Shown here: piece after piece, positions 24,301-37,451 of the stretch
Position numbering within the stretch: position 1 is the stretch's first letter
How the letters are laid out: every line of letters begins with the position of its first letter
Source of the DNA: Antedon mediterranea
Lineage: Eukaryota; Animalia; Echinodermata
Length of the DNA: 64,000 nucleotides
Assembly (NCBI RefSeq): GCF_964355755.1
Contig: NC_092677.1
Span: 20,544,101 to 20,608,100, forward strand
Direction of reading: 5' to 3'
Notes under the pieces: model-generated
The model's input: only the letters and a program-made list of their open reading frames with translations
The model's database searches: none
What the model was told of the DNA's origin: nothing
Program-made: the position numbers and the translations under genes

Positions 24301-27300
24301 GTGTACAGAATAGCTTTAAATCGCATTTGGAGACGTTTTAGACCATTTTGTTCATTTCGATGAAACAAAAACACAAAAACATCAAATTGCACAAAATGGC
24401 TTAATATGATATGGGAAAACGTTTTAGACCATTTTGAACATTTCGTTAAAAGTTTTCACACAAAAACATCAAAGTCCACAAAATAGCTTAATATCGTATT
24501 TAAAAACGTTTTAGACCATTTTGAGCATTTCGAAAAAACTTTTTCACACAAAACATCAAAGTTTACAAAATAGCTTCAAATCGCATTTGGAGACGTTATA
24601 GACCATTTTGTGATTTTCGAAAAAACTTGTTAACATAAAAACACCAAAGTGCTCAGAATACCTTCAAATCGCATTTTGAGACGTTTTAGACCATTTTGTG
24701 ATTTTCGAAAAAACTTGTTAACATAAAAACACCAAAGTGCTCAGAATACCTTCAAATCGTGTTTTGAGACGTTTTAGACCATTTTGTGATTTTCGAAAAA
24801 ACTTAACATAAAAACACCAAAGTGCTCAGAATACCTTCAAATCGCATTTGGAGACGTTTTAGACCATTTTGTGATTTTCGAAAAAACTTGTTAACATAAA
24901 AACACCAAAGTGCTCAGAATACCTTCAAATCGTATTTTGAGACGTTTTAGACAATTTTGTGATTTTCGAAAAAACTTGTTAACATAAAAACACCAAAGTG
25001 CTTAGAAAAGCTTCAAATCGCATTTGGAGACGTTTTAGACCATTTTGTGCATTTCGATGAAACTTGGTTACACAAAAACATCAAAGTGCTTAAAATCACA
25101 GTAGAAACCGTTTTAGACCATTTTGAGCATTTCGTTAAAATTTTTCACAGAAAAACATCAAAGAGCAAAAATAAGCTTAATATCGTATTTAAAAACGTTT
25201 TAGACCATTTTGAGCATTTCGACAAAACTTTTTCACACAAAACATCAAAGTGTACAGATAAGCTTCAAATCGCATTTGGAGACGTTTTAAACCATTTTGA
25301 GCATTTCGATAAAATTTTACACACAAAAACATCAAAGTGCACAAAATAGCTTAATATGGTATTTAAAAACGTTTTAGACCATTTTGAGCATTTCGAAAAA
25401 ACTTTTCCACACAAAACATCAAAGTTTACAAAATAGCTTCAAATCGCATTTGGAGACGTTTTAGACCATTTTGTGATTTTCGAAAAAACTTGTTAACATA
25501 AAAACACCAAAGTGCTCAGAATACCTTCAAATCGTGTTTTGAGACGTTTTAGACCATTTTGTAATTTTCGAAAAAACTTGTTAACATAAAAACACCAAAG
25601 TGCTCAGAATACCTTCACATCGCATTTTGAGACGTTTTAGACCATTTTGTGATTTTCGAAAAAACTTGTTAACATAAAAACACCAAAGTGCTTAGAAAAG
25701 CTTCAAATCGCATTTGGAGACGTTTTAGACCATTTTGTTCATTTCGATGAAACTTGGTTACACAAAAACATCAAAGAGCACAAAAGATCTTAATATCGTA
25801 TTTAAAAACGTTTTAGACCATTTTGAGCATTTCGAAAAAACTTTTTCACACAAAACATCAAAGTGTACAAAATAGCTTCAAATCGCATTTTGAGACGTTT
25901 TAGACAATTTTGTGATTTTCGAAAAAACTTGTTTACATAAAAACACCAAAGTGCTTAGAAAAGCTTCAAATCGCATTTGGAGACGTTTTAAACCATTTTG
26001 TTCATTTCGATGAAACTTGGTTACACAAAAACATCAAAAAGCACAAAAGTATTTAAAAACGTTTTAGACCATTTTGAGCATTCCGTCAAAACTTTTTCAC
26101 ACAAAACATCAAAGTGTACAGAATAGCTTTAAATCGCATTTGGAGACGTTTTAGACCATTTTGTAGTTTTCGAAAAAACTTGTTAACATAAAAACACAAA
26201 AGAGCTTCAAATCGCATTTGGAGACGTTTTAGACCCTTTTGTGCATTTCGATGAAACTTGGTTACACAAAAACATCAAAGTGCTTAAAATCACATTAGAA
26301 ACCGTTTTAGACCATTTTGAGCATTTCGTTAAAACTTTTCACACAAAAACATCAAAGTCCACAAAATAGCTTAATATCGTATTTAAAAACGTTTTAGACC
26401 ATTTTGAGCATTTCGAAAAAACTTGTTCACACAAAACATCAAAGTTTACAAAATAGCTTCAAATCGCATTTGGAGACGTTTTAGACCATTTTGTGATTTT
26501 CGAAAAAACTTGTTAACATAAAAACACCAAAGTGCTCAGAAAAGCTTCAAATCGCATTTGGAGACGTTTTAAACCATTTTGTTCATTTCGATGAAACTTG
26601 GTTACACAAAAACATCAAAGAGCACAAAAGTATTTAAAAACGTTTTAGACCATTTTGAGCATTCCGACAAAACTTTTTCACACAAAACATCAAAGTGTAC
26701 AGAATAGCTTTAAATCGCATTTGGAGACGTTTTAACCCATTTTGAGCATTTCGATAAAATTTTACACACAAAAACATCAAAGTGCACAAAATAGCTTAAT
26801 ATGGTATTTAAAAACGTTTTAGACCATTTTGAGCATTTCAACAAAACTTTTTCTCACAAAACATCAAAGTGTACAGAATAGCTTCAAATCGCATTTGGAG
26901 ACGTTTTAGACCATTTTGTGCATTTCGATGAAACTTGGTTACACAAAAACATCAAAGTGCTTAAAATCACATTTTGAGCATTTCGTTAAAACTTTTCACA
27001 CAAAAACATCAAAGTCCACAAAATAGCTTAATATCGTATTTAAAAACGTTTTAGACCATTTTGAGCATTTCGAAAAAACTTTTCCACACAAAACATCAAA
27101 GTTTACAAAATAGCTTCAAATCGCATTTGGAGACGTTTTAGACCATTTTGTGATTTTCGAAAAAACTTGTTAACATAAAAACACCAAAGTGCTCAGAATA
27201 CCTTCAAATCGCATTTGGAGACGTTTTAGACCTTTTTGTGCATTTCGATGAAACTTGGTTACACAAAAACATCAAAGTGCTTAAAATCACATTAGAAACC

Positions 27301-30300
27301 GTTTTAGACCATTTTGAGCATTTCGTTAAAATTTTTCACAGAAAAACATCAAAGAGCAAAAAATATCTTAATATCGTATTTAAAAACGTTTTAGACCATT
27401 TTGAGCATTTCGACAAAACTTTTTCACACAAAACATCAAAGTGTACAAAATAGCTTCAAATCGCATTTGGAGACGTTTTAACCCATTTTGAGCATTTCGA
27501 TAAAATATTACACACAAAAACATCAAAGTGCACAAAATAGCTTAATATGGTATTTAAAAACGTTTTAGACCATTTTGAGCATTTCAACAAAACTTTTTCT
27601 CACAAAACATCAAAGTGTACAGAATAGCTTCAAATCGCATTTGGAGACGTTTTAGACCATTTTGTGCATTTCGATGAAACTTGGTTACACAAAAACATCA
27701 AAGTGCTTAAAATCACATTTTGAGCATTTCGTTAAAACTTTTCACACAAAAACATCAAAGTCCACAAAATAGCTTAATATCGTATTTAAAAACGTTTTAG
27801 ACCATTTTGAGCATTTCGAAAAAACTTTTCCACACAAAACATCAAAGTTTACAAAATAGCTTCAAATCGCATTTGGAGACGTTTTAGACCATTTTGTGAT
27901 TTTCGAAAAAACTTGTTAACATAAAAACACCAAAGTGCTTAGAAAAGCTGCAAATCGCATTTGGAGACATTTTAGACCATTTTGTTCATTTCGATGAAAC
28001 TTGGTTACACAAAAACATCAAAGAGCACAAAAGATCTTAATATCGTATTTAAAAACGTTTTAGACCATTTTGAGCATTTCGAAAAAACTTTTTCACACAA
28101 AACATCAAAGTGTACAAAAAATCTTCAAATCGCATTTGGAGACGTTTTAGACCATTTTGTAATTTTCGAAAAAACTTGTTAACATAAAAACACCAAAGTG
28201 CTCAGAAAAGCTTCAAATCGCAATTGGAGACGTTTTAAACCATTTTGTTCATTTCGATGAAACTTGGTTACACAAAAACATCAAATTGCACAAAATGGCT
28301 TAATATGGTATGGGAAAACGTTTTAGACCATTTTGAACATTTCGAGAAAACTTTTTCACACAAAACTTCAAAGTGTACAGAATAGCTTCAAATCGCATTA
28401 GAAACCGTTTTAGACCATTTTGAGCATTTCGAAAAAAACTTTTTCACACAAAACATCAAAGTTTACAAAATAGCTTCAAATCGCATTTGGAGACGTTTTA
28501 GACCATTTTGTGATTTTCGAAAAAACTTGTTAACATAAAAACACCAAAGTGCTCAGAATACCTTCAAATCGCATTTTGAGACGTTTTAGACCATTTTGTG
28601 ATTTTCGAAAAAACTTGTTAACATAAAAATACCAAAGTGCTCAGAATACCTTCAAATCGTGTTTTGAGACGTTTTAGACCATTTTGTGATTTTCGAAAAA
28701 ACTTGTTAACATAAAAACACCAAAGTGCTCAGAATACCTTCAAATCGCATTTGGAGACGTTTTAGACCATTTTGTGATTTTCGAAAAAACTTGTTAACAT
28801 AAAAACACCAAAGTGCTCAGAAAAGCTTCAAATCGCATTTGGAGACGTTTTAAACCATTTTGTTCATTTCGATGAAACTTGGTTACACAAAAACATCAAA
28901 GAGCACAAAAGTATTTAAAAACGTTTTAGACCATTTTGAGCATTCCGACAAAACTTTTTCACACAAAACATCAAAGTGTACAGAATAGCTTTAAATCGCA
29001 TTTGGAGACGTTTTAGACCATTTTGTAGTTTTCGAAAAAACTTGTTAACATAAAAACACAAAAGAGCTTCAAATCGCATTTGGAGACGTTTTAGACCCTT
29101 TTGTGCATTTCGATGAAACTTGGTTACACAAAAACATCAAAGTTCTTAAAATCACATTAGAAACCGTTTTAGACCATTTTGAGCATTTCGTTAAAACTTT
29201 TCACACAAAAACATCAAAGTCCACAAAATAGCTTAATATCGTATTCAAAAACGTTTTAGACCATTTTGAGCATTTCGAAAAAACTTTTTCACACAAAACA
29301 TCAAAGTTTACAAAATAGCTTCAAATCGCATTTGGAGACGTTTTAGACCATTTTGTGATTTTCGAAAAAACTTGTTAACATAAAAACACCAAAGTGCTCA
29401 GAATACCTTCAAATCGCATTTTGAGACGTTTTAGACCATTTTGTGATTTTCAAAAAAACAACATAAAAACACCAAAGTGCTCAGAATACCTTCAAATCGC
29501 ATTTGGAGACGTTTTAGACCATTTTGTGATTTTGGAAAAAACTTGTTAACATAAAAACACCAAAGTGCTCAGAATACCTTCAAATCGTATTTTGAGACGT
29601 TTTAGACAATTTTGTGATTTTCGAAAAAACTTGTTAACATAAAAACACCAAAGTGCTTAGAAAAGCTTCAAATCGCATTTGGAGACGTTTTAGACCATTT
29701 TGTGCATTTCGATGAAACTTGGTTACACAAAAACATCAAAGTGCTTAAAATCACATTTTGAGCATTTCGTTAAAACTTTTCACACAAAAACATCAAAGAG
29801 TAAAAAATAGCTTAATATCGTATTTAAAAACGTTTTAGACCATTTTGAGCATTTCGACAAAATTTTTTCACACAAAACATCAAAGTGTACAGAATAGCTT
29901 TAAATCGCATTTGGAGACGTTTTAGACCATTTTGTTCATTTCGATGAAACAAAAACACAAAAACATCAAATTGCACAAAATGGCTTAATATGATATGGGA
30001 AAACGTTTTAGACCATTTTGAACATTTCGTTAAAAGTTTTCACAAAAAAACATCAAAGTCCACAAAATAGCTTAATATCGTATTTAAAAACGTTTTAGAC
30101 CATTTTGAGCATTTCGAAAAAACTTTTTCACACAAAACATCAAAGTTTACAAAATAGCTTCAAATCGCATTTGGAGACATTTTAGACCATTTTGTGATTT
30201 TCGAAAAAACTTGTTAACATAAAAACACCAAAGTGCTCAGAATACCTTCAAATCGCATTTTGAGACGTTTTAGACCATTTTGTGATTTTCGAAAAAACTT

Positions 30301-32099
30301 GTTAACATAAAAACACCAAAGTGCTCAGAATACCTTCAAATCGTGTTTTGAGACGTTTTAGACCATTTTGTGATTTTGGAAAAACTTGTTAACATAAAAA
30401 CACCAAAGTGCTCAGAATACCTTCAAATCGCATTTGGAGACGTTTTAGACCATTTTGTGATTTTCGAAAAAACTTGTTAACATAAAAACACCAAAGTGCT
30501 CAGAAAAGCTTCAAATCGCAATTGGAGACGTTTTAAACCATTTTGTTCATTTCGATGAAACTTGGTTACACAAAAACATCAAATTGCACAAAATGGCTTA
30601 ATATGGTATGGGAAAACGTTTTAGACCATTTTGAACATTTCGAGAAAACTTTTTCACACAAAACTTCAAAGTGTACAGAATAGCTTCAAATCGCATTAGA
30701 AACCGTTTTAGACCATTTTGAGCATTTCGAAAAAAACTTTTTCACACAAAACATCAAAGTTTACAAAATAGCTTCAAATCGCATTTGGAGACGTTTTAGA
30801 CCATTTTGTGATTTTCGAAAAAACTTGTTAACATAAAAACACCAAAGTGCTCAGAATACCTTCAAATCGCATTTTGAGACGTTTTAGACCATTTTGTGAT
30901 TTTCGAAAAAAACTTGTTAACATAAAAATACCAAAGTGCTCAGAATACCTTCAAATCGTGTTTTGAGACGTTTTAGACCATTTTGTGATTTTCGAAAAAA
31001 CTTGTTAACATAAAAACACCAAAGTGCTCAGAATACCTTCAAAGCGCATTTGGAGACGTTTTAGACCATTTTGTGATTTTCGAAAAAACTTGTTAACATA
31101 AAAACACCAAAGTGCTCAGAATACCTTCAAATCGCATTTGGAGACGTTTTAGACCATTTTGTGATTTTCGAAAAAACTTGTTAACATAAAAACACCAAAG
31201 TGCTCAGAAAAGCTTCAAATCGCATTTGGAGACGTTTTAGACCATTTTGTGATTTTCGAAAAAACTTGTTAACATAAAAACACCAAAGTGCTCAGAATAC
31301 CTTCAAATCGCATTTGGAGACGTTTTAGACCATTTTGTGATTTTCGAAAAAACTTGTTAACATAAAAACACCAAAGTGCTCAGAAAAGCTTCAAATCGCA
31401 ATTGGAGACGTTTTAAACCATTTTGTTCATTTCGATGAAACTTGGTTACACAAAAACATCAAATTGCACAAAATGGCTTAATATGGTATGGGAAAACGTT
31501 TTAGACCATTTTGAACATTTCGAGAAAACTTTTTCACACAAAACTTCAAAGTGTACAGAATAGCTTCAAATCGCATTAGAAACCGTTTTAGACCATTTTG
31601 AGCATTTCGAAAAAAACTTTTTCACACAAAACATCAAAGTTTACAAAATAGCTTCAAATCGCATTTGGAGACGTTTTAGACCATTTTGTGATTTTCGAAA
31701 AAACTTGTTAACATAAAAACACCAAAGTGCTTAGAAAAGCTTCAAATCGCATTTGGAGACGTTTTAGACCATTTTGTGCATTTCGATGAAACTTGGTTAC
31801 ACAAAAACATCAAAGTGCACAAAAGTATTTAAAAACGTTTTAGACCATTTTGAGCATTCCGACAAAACTTTTACACACAAAAACATCAAAGTGCACAAAA
31901 TAGCTTAATATGGTATTTAAAAACGTTTTAGACCATTTTGAGCATTTCAACAAAACTTTTTCTCACAAAACATCAAAGTCCACAAAATAGCTTAATATCG
32001 TATTTAAAAACGTTTTAGACCATTTTGAGCATTTCGAAAAAACTTTTCCACACAAAACATCAAAGTTTACAAAATAGCTTCAAATCGCATTTGGAGACG

Positions 32100-35000
32100 T
32101 TTTAGACCATTTTGTGATTTTCGAAAAAACTTGTTAACATAAAACACCAAAGTGCTTAGAAAAGCTTCAAATCGCATTTGGAGACGTTTTAAACCATTTT
32201 GTTCATTTCGATGAAACTTGGTTACACAAAAACATCAAAGAGCACAAAAGTATTTAAAAACGTTTTAGACCATTTTGAGCATTCCGACAAAACTTTTTCA
32301 CACAAAACATCAAAGTGTACAGAATAGCTTTAAATCGCATTTGGAGACGTTTTAGACCATTTTGTAGTTTTCGAAAAAACTTGTTAACATAAAAACACAA
32401 AAGAGCTTCAAATCGCATTTGGAGACGTTTTAGACCCTTTTGTGCATTTCGATGAAACTTGGTTACACAAAAACATCAAAGTGCTTAAAATCACATTAGA
32501 AACCGTTTTAGACCATTTTGAGCATTTCGTTAAAACTTTTCACACAAAAACATCAAAGTCCACAAAATAGCTTAATATCGTATTTAAAAACGTTTTAGAC
32601 CATTTTGAGCATTTCGAAAAAAACTTTTCCACACAAAACATCAAAGTTTACAAAATAGCTTCAAATCGCATTTGGAGACGTTTTAGACCATTTTGTGATT
32701 TTCGAAAAAACTTGTTAACATAAAAACACCAAAGTGCTCAGAATACCTTCAAATCGTATTTTGAGACGTTTTAGACAATTTTGTGATTTTCGAAAAAACT
32801 TGTTAACATAAAAACACCAAAGTGCTTAGAAAAGCTTCAAATCGCATTTGGAGACGTTTTAGACCATTTTGTGCATTTCGATGAAACTTGGTTACACAAA
32901 AACATCAAAGTGCTTAAAATCACATTTTGAGCATTTCGTTAAAACTTTTCACACAAAAACATCAAAGAGCAAAAAATAGCTTAATATCGTATTTAAAAAC
33001 GTTTTAGACCATTTTGAGCATTTCGACAAAACTTTTTCACACAAAACATCAAAGTGTACAAAATAGCTTCAAATCGCATTTGGAGACGTTTTAGACAATT
33101 TTGTGATTTTCGAAAAAACTTGTTTACATAAAAACACCAAAGTGCTAAGAATAGCTTCCAATCGCATTTGGAGACGTTTTAGACCCTTTTGTGCATTTCG
33201 ATGAAACTTGGTTACACAAAAACATCAAAGTGCTTAAAATCACATTAGAAACCGTTTTAGAACATTTTGAGCATTTCGTTAAAACTTTTCACACAAAAAC
33301 ATCAAAGTCCACAAAATAGCTTAATATCGTATTTAAAACGTTTTAGACCATTTTGAGCATTTCGAAAAAACTTTTCCACACAAAACATCAAAGTTTACAA
33401 AATAGCTTCAAATCGCATTTGGAGACGTTTTAGACCATTTTGTGATTTTCGTAAAAACTTGTTAACATAAAAACACCAAAGTGCTTAGAAAAGCTTCAAA
33501 TCACATTTGGAGACGTTTTAGACCATTTTGTGCATTTCGATGAAACTTGGTTACACAAAAACATCAAAGTGCTTAAAATCACATTTTGAGCATTTCGTTA
33601 AAACTTTTCACACAAAAACATCAAAGAGTAAAAAATAGCTTAATATCGTATTTAAAAACGTTTTAGACCATTTTGAGCATTTCGACAAAATTTTTTCACA
33701 CAAAACATCAAAGTGTACAGAATAGCTTTAAATCGCATTTGGAGACGTTTTAGACCATTTTGTTCATTTCGATGAAACAAAAACACAAAAACATCAAATT
33801 GCACAAAATGGCTTAATATGATATGGGAAAACGTTTTAGACCATTTTGAACATTTCGTTAAAAGTTTTCACAAAAAAACATCAAAGTCCACAAAATAGCT
33901 TAATATCGTATTTAAAAACGTTTTAGACCATTTTGAGCATTTCGAAAAAACTTTTTCACACAAAACATCAAAGTTTACAAAATAGCTTCAAATCGCATTT
34001 GGAGACATTTTAGACCATTTTGTGATTTTCGAAAAAACTTGTTAACATAAAAACACCAAAGTGCTCAGAATACCTTCAAATCGCATTTTGAGACGTTTTA
34101 GACCATTTTGTGATTTTCGAAAAAACTTGTTAACATAAAAACACCAAAGTGCTCAGAATACCTTCAAATCGTGTTTTGAGACGTTTTAGACCATTTTGTG
34201 ATTTTGGAAAAACTTGTTAACATAAAAACACCAAAGTGCTCAGAATACCTTCAAATCGCATTTGGAGACGTTTTAGACCATTTTGTGATTTTCGAAAAAA
34301 CTTGTTAACATAAAACACCAAAGTGCTTAGAAAAGCTTCAAATCGCATTTGGAGACGTTTTAAACCATTTTGTTCATTTCGATGAAACTTGGTTACACAA
34401 AAACATCAAAGAGCACAAAAGTATTTAAAAACGTTTTAGACCATTTTGAGCATTCCGACAAAACTTTTTCACACAAAACATCAAAGTGTACAGAATAGCT
34501 TTAAATCGCATTTGGAGACGTTTTAGACCATTTTGTAGTTTTCGAAAAAACTTGTTAACATAAAAACACAAAAGAGCTTCAAATCGCATTTGGAGACGTT
34601 TTAGACCCTTTTGTGCATTTCGATGAAACTTGGTTACACAAAAACATCAAAGTGCTTAAAATCACATTAGAAACCGTTTTAGACCATTTTGAGCATTTCG
34701 TTAAAACTTTTCACACAAAAACATCAAAGTCCACAAAATAGCTTAATATCGTATTTAAAAACGTTTTAGACCATTTTGAGCATTTCGAAAAAAACTTTTC
34801 CACACAAAACATCAAAGTTTACAAAATAGCTTCAAATCGCATTTGGAGACGTTTTAGACCATTTTGTGATTTTCGAAAAAACTTGTTAACATAAAAACAC
34901 CAAAGTGCTCAGAATACCTTCAAATCGTATTTTGAGACGTTTTAGACAATTTTGTGATTTTCGAAAAAACTTGTTAACATAAAAACACCAAAGTGCTTAG

Positions 35001-36470
35001 AAAAGCTTCAAATCGCATTTGGAGACGTTTTAGACCATTTTGTGCATTTCGATGAAACTTGGTTACACAAAAACATCAAAGTGCTTAAAATCACATTTTG
35101 AGCATTTCGTTAAAACTTTTCACACAAAAACATCAAAGAGCAAAAAATAGCTTAATATCGTATTTAAAAACGTTTTAGACCATTTTGAGCATTTCGACAA
35201 AACTTTTTCACACAAAACATCAAAGTGTACAAAATAGCTTCAAATCGCATTTGGAGACGTTTTAGACAATTTTGTGATTTTCGAAAAAACTTGTTTACAT
35301 AAAAACACCAAAGTGCTAAGAATAGCTTCCAATCGCATTTGGAGACGTTTTAGACCCTTTTGTGCATTTCGATGAAACTTGGTTACACAAAAACATCAAA
35401 GTGCTTAAAATCACATTAGAAACCGTTTTAGAACATTTTGAGCATTTCGTTAAAACTTTTCACACAAAAACATCAAAGTCCACAAAATAGCTTAATATCG
35501 TATTTAAAAACGTTTTAGACCATTTTGAGCATTTCGAAAAAACTTTTCCACACAAAACATCAAAGTTTACAAAATAGCTTCAAATCGCATTTGGAGACGT
35601 TTTAGACCATTTTGTGATTTTCGTAAAAACTTGTTAACATAAAAACACCAAAGTGCTTAGAAAAGCTTCAAATCACATTTGGAGACGTTTTAGACCATTT
35701 TGTGCATTTCGATGAAACTTGGTTACACAAAAACATCAAAGTGCTTAAAATCACATTTTGAGCATTTCGTTAAAACTTTTCACACAAAAACATCAAAGAG
35801 TAAAAAATAGCTTAATATCGTATTTAAAAACGTTTTAGACCATTTTGAGCATTTCGACAAAAATTTTTCACACAAAACATCAAAGTGTACAGAATAGCTT
35901 TAAATCGCATTTGGAGACGTTTTAGACCATTTTGTTCATTTCGATGAAACAAAAACACAAAAACATCAAATTGCACAAAATGGCTTAATATGATATGGGA
36001 AAACGTTTTAGACCATTTTGAACATTTCGTTAAAAGTTTTCACAAAAAAACATCAAAGTCCACAAAATAGCTTAATATCGTATTTAAAAACGTTTTAGAC
36101 CATTTTGAGCATTTCGAAAAAACTTTTTCACACAAAACATCAAAGTTTACAAAATAGCTTCAAATCGCATTTGGAGACATTTTAGACCATTTTGTGATTT
36201 TCGAAAAAACTTGTTAACATAAAAACACCAAAGTGCTCAGAATACCTTCAAATCGCATTTTGAGACGTTTTAGACCATTTTGTGATTTTCGAAAAAACTT
36301 GTTAACATAAAAACACCAAAGTGCTCAGAATACCTTCAAATCGTGTTTTGAGACGTTTTAGACCATTTTGTGATTTTGGAAAAACTTGTTAACATAAAAA
36401 CACCAAAGTGCTCAGAATACCTTCAAATCGCATTTGGAGACGTTTTAGACCATTTTGTGATTTTCGAAAA
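32100..36470 (+). repeat. 2171-2172 bp tandem duplication (ends approximate)
   Basis: Shared rare variants CATAAAACACC (about 32140/34311), TTAGAACATTTTG (in the block starting 33241/35412) and AATCACATTTGG. Confidence 0.85.
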
Positions 36471-37451
36471 AACTTGTTAACATAAAAACACCAAAGTGCT
36501 CAGAAAAGCTTCAAATCGCAATTGGAGACGTTTTAAACCATTTTGTTCATTTCGATGAAACTTGGTTACACAAAAACATCAAATTGCACAAAATGGCTTA
36601 ATATGGTATGGGAAAACGTTTTAGACCATTTTGAACATTTCGAGAAAACTTTTTCACACAAAACTTCAAAGTGTACAGAATAGCTTCAAATCGCATTAGA
36701 AACCGTTTTAGACCATTTTGAGCATTTCGAAAAAACTTTTTCACACAAAACATCAAAGTTTACAAAATAGCTTCAAATCGCATTTGGAGACGTTTTAGAC
36801 CATTTTGTGATTTTCGAAAAAACTTGTTAACATAAAAACACCAAAGTGCTCAGAATACCTTCAAATCGCATTTTGAGACGTTTTAGACCATTTTGTGATT
36901 TTCGAAAAAACTTGTTAACATAAAAATACCAAAGTGCTCAGAATACCTTCAAATCGTGTTTTGAGACGTTTTAGACCATTTTGTGATTTTCGAAAAAACT
37001 TGTTAACATAAAAACACCAAAGTGCTCAGAATACCTTCAAATCGCATTTGGAGACGTTTTAGACCATTTTGTGATTTTCGAAAAAACTTATTAACATAAA
37101 AACACCAAAGTGCTCAGAAAAGCTTCAAATCGCATTTGGAGACGTTTTAAACCATTTTGTTCATTTCGATGAAACTTGGTTACACAAAAACATCAAAGAG
37201 CACAAAAGTATTTAAAAACGTTTTAGACCATTTTGAGCATTCCGACAAAACTTTTTCACACAAAACATCAAAGTGTACAGAATAGCTTTAAATCGCATTT
37301 GGAGACGTTTTAGACCATTTTGTAGTTTTCGAAAAAACTTGTTAACATAAAAACACAAAAGAGCTTCAAATCGCATTTGGAGACGTTTTAGACCCTTTTG
37401 TGCATTTCGATGAAACTTGGTTACACAAAAACATCAAAGTGCTTAAAATCA

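Noticed and set aside
28430-34800. Single-base length changes in A runs (for example A7 at about 28435, 30730, 32620)
   Set aside because: These are ordinary homopolymer slippage or sequencing error and are uninformative except as markers of duplication.
29641-36720. Block repeated at an offset of exactly 6000 bp (and another at exactly 3900 bp)
   Set aside because: The round numbers only make the matches visible in the 60-column layout. The copies differ by SNPs and indels, and 3900 is explained as 4132 - 232. There is no reason to infer special periodicity or an artefact.
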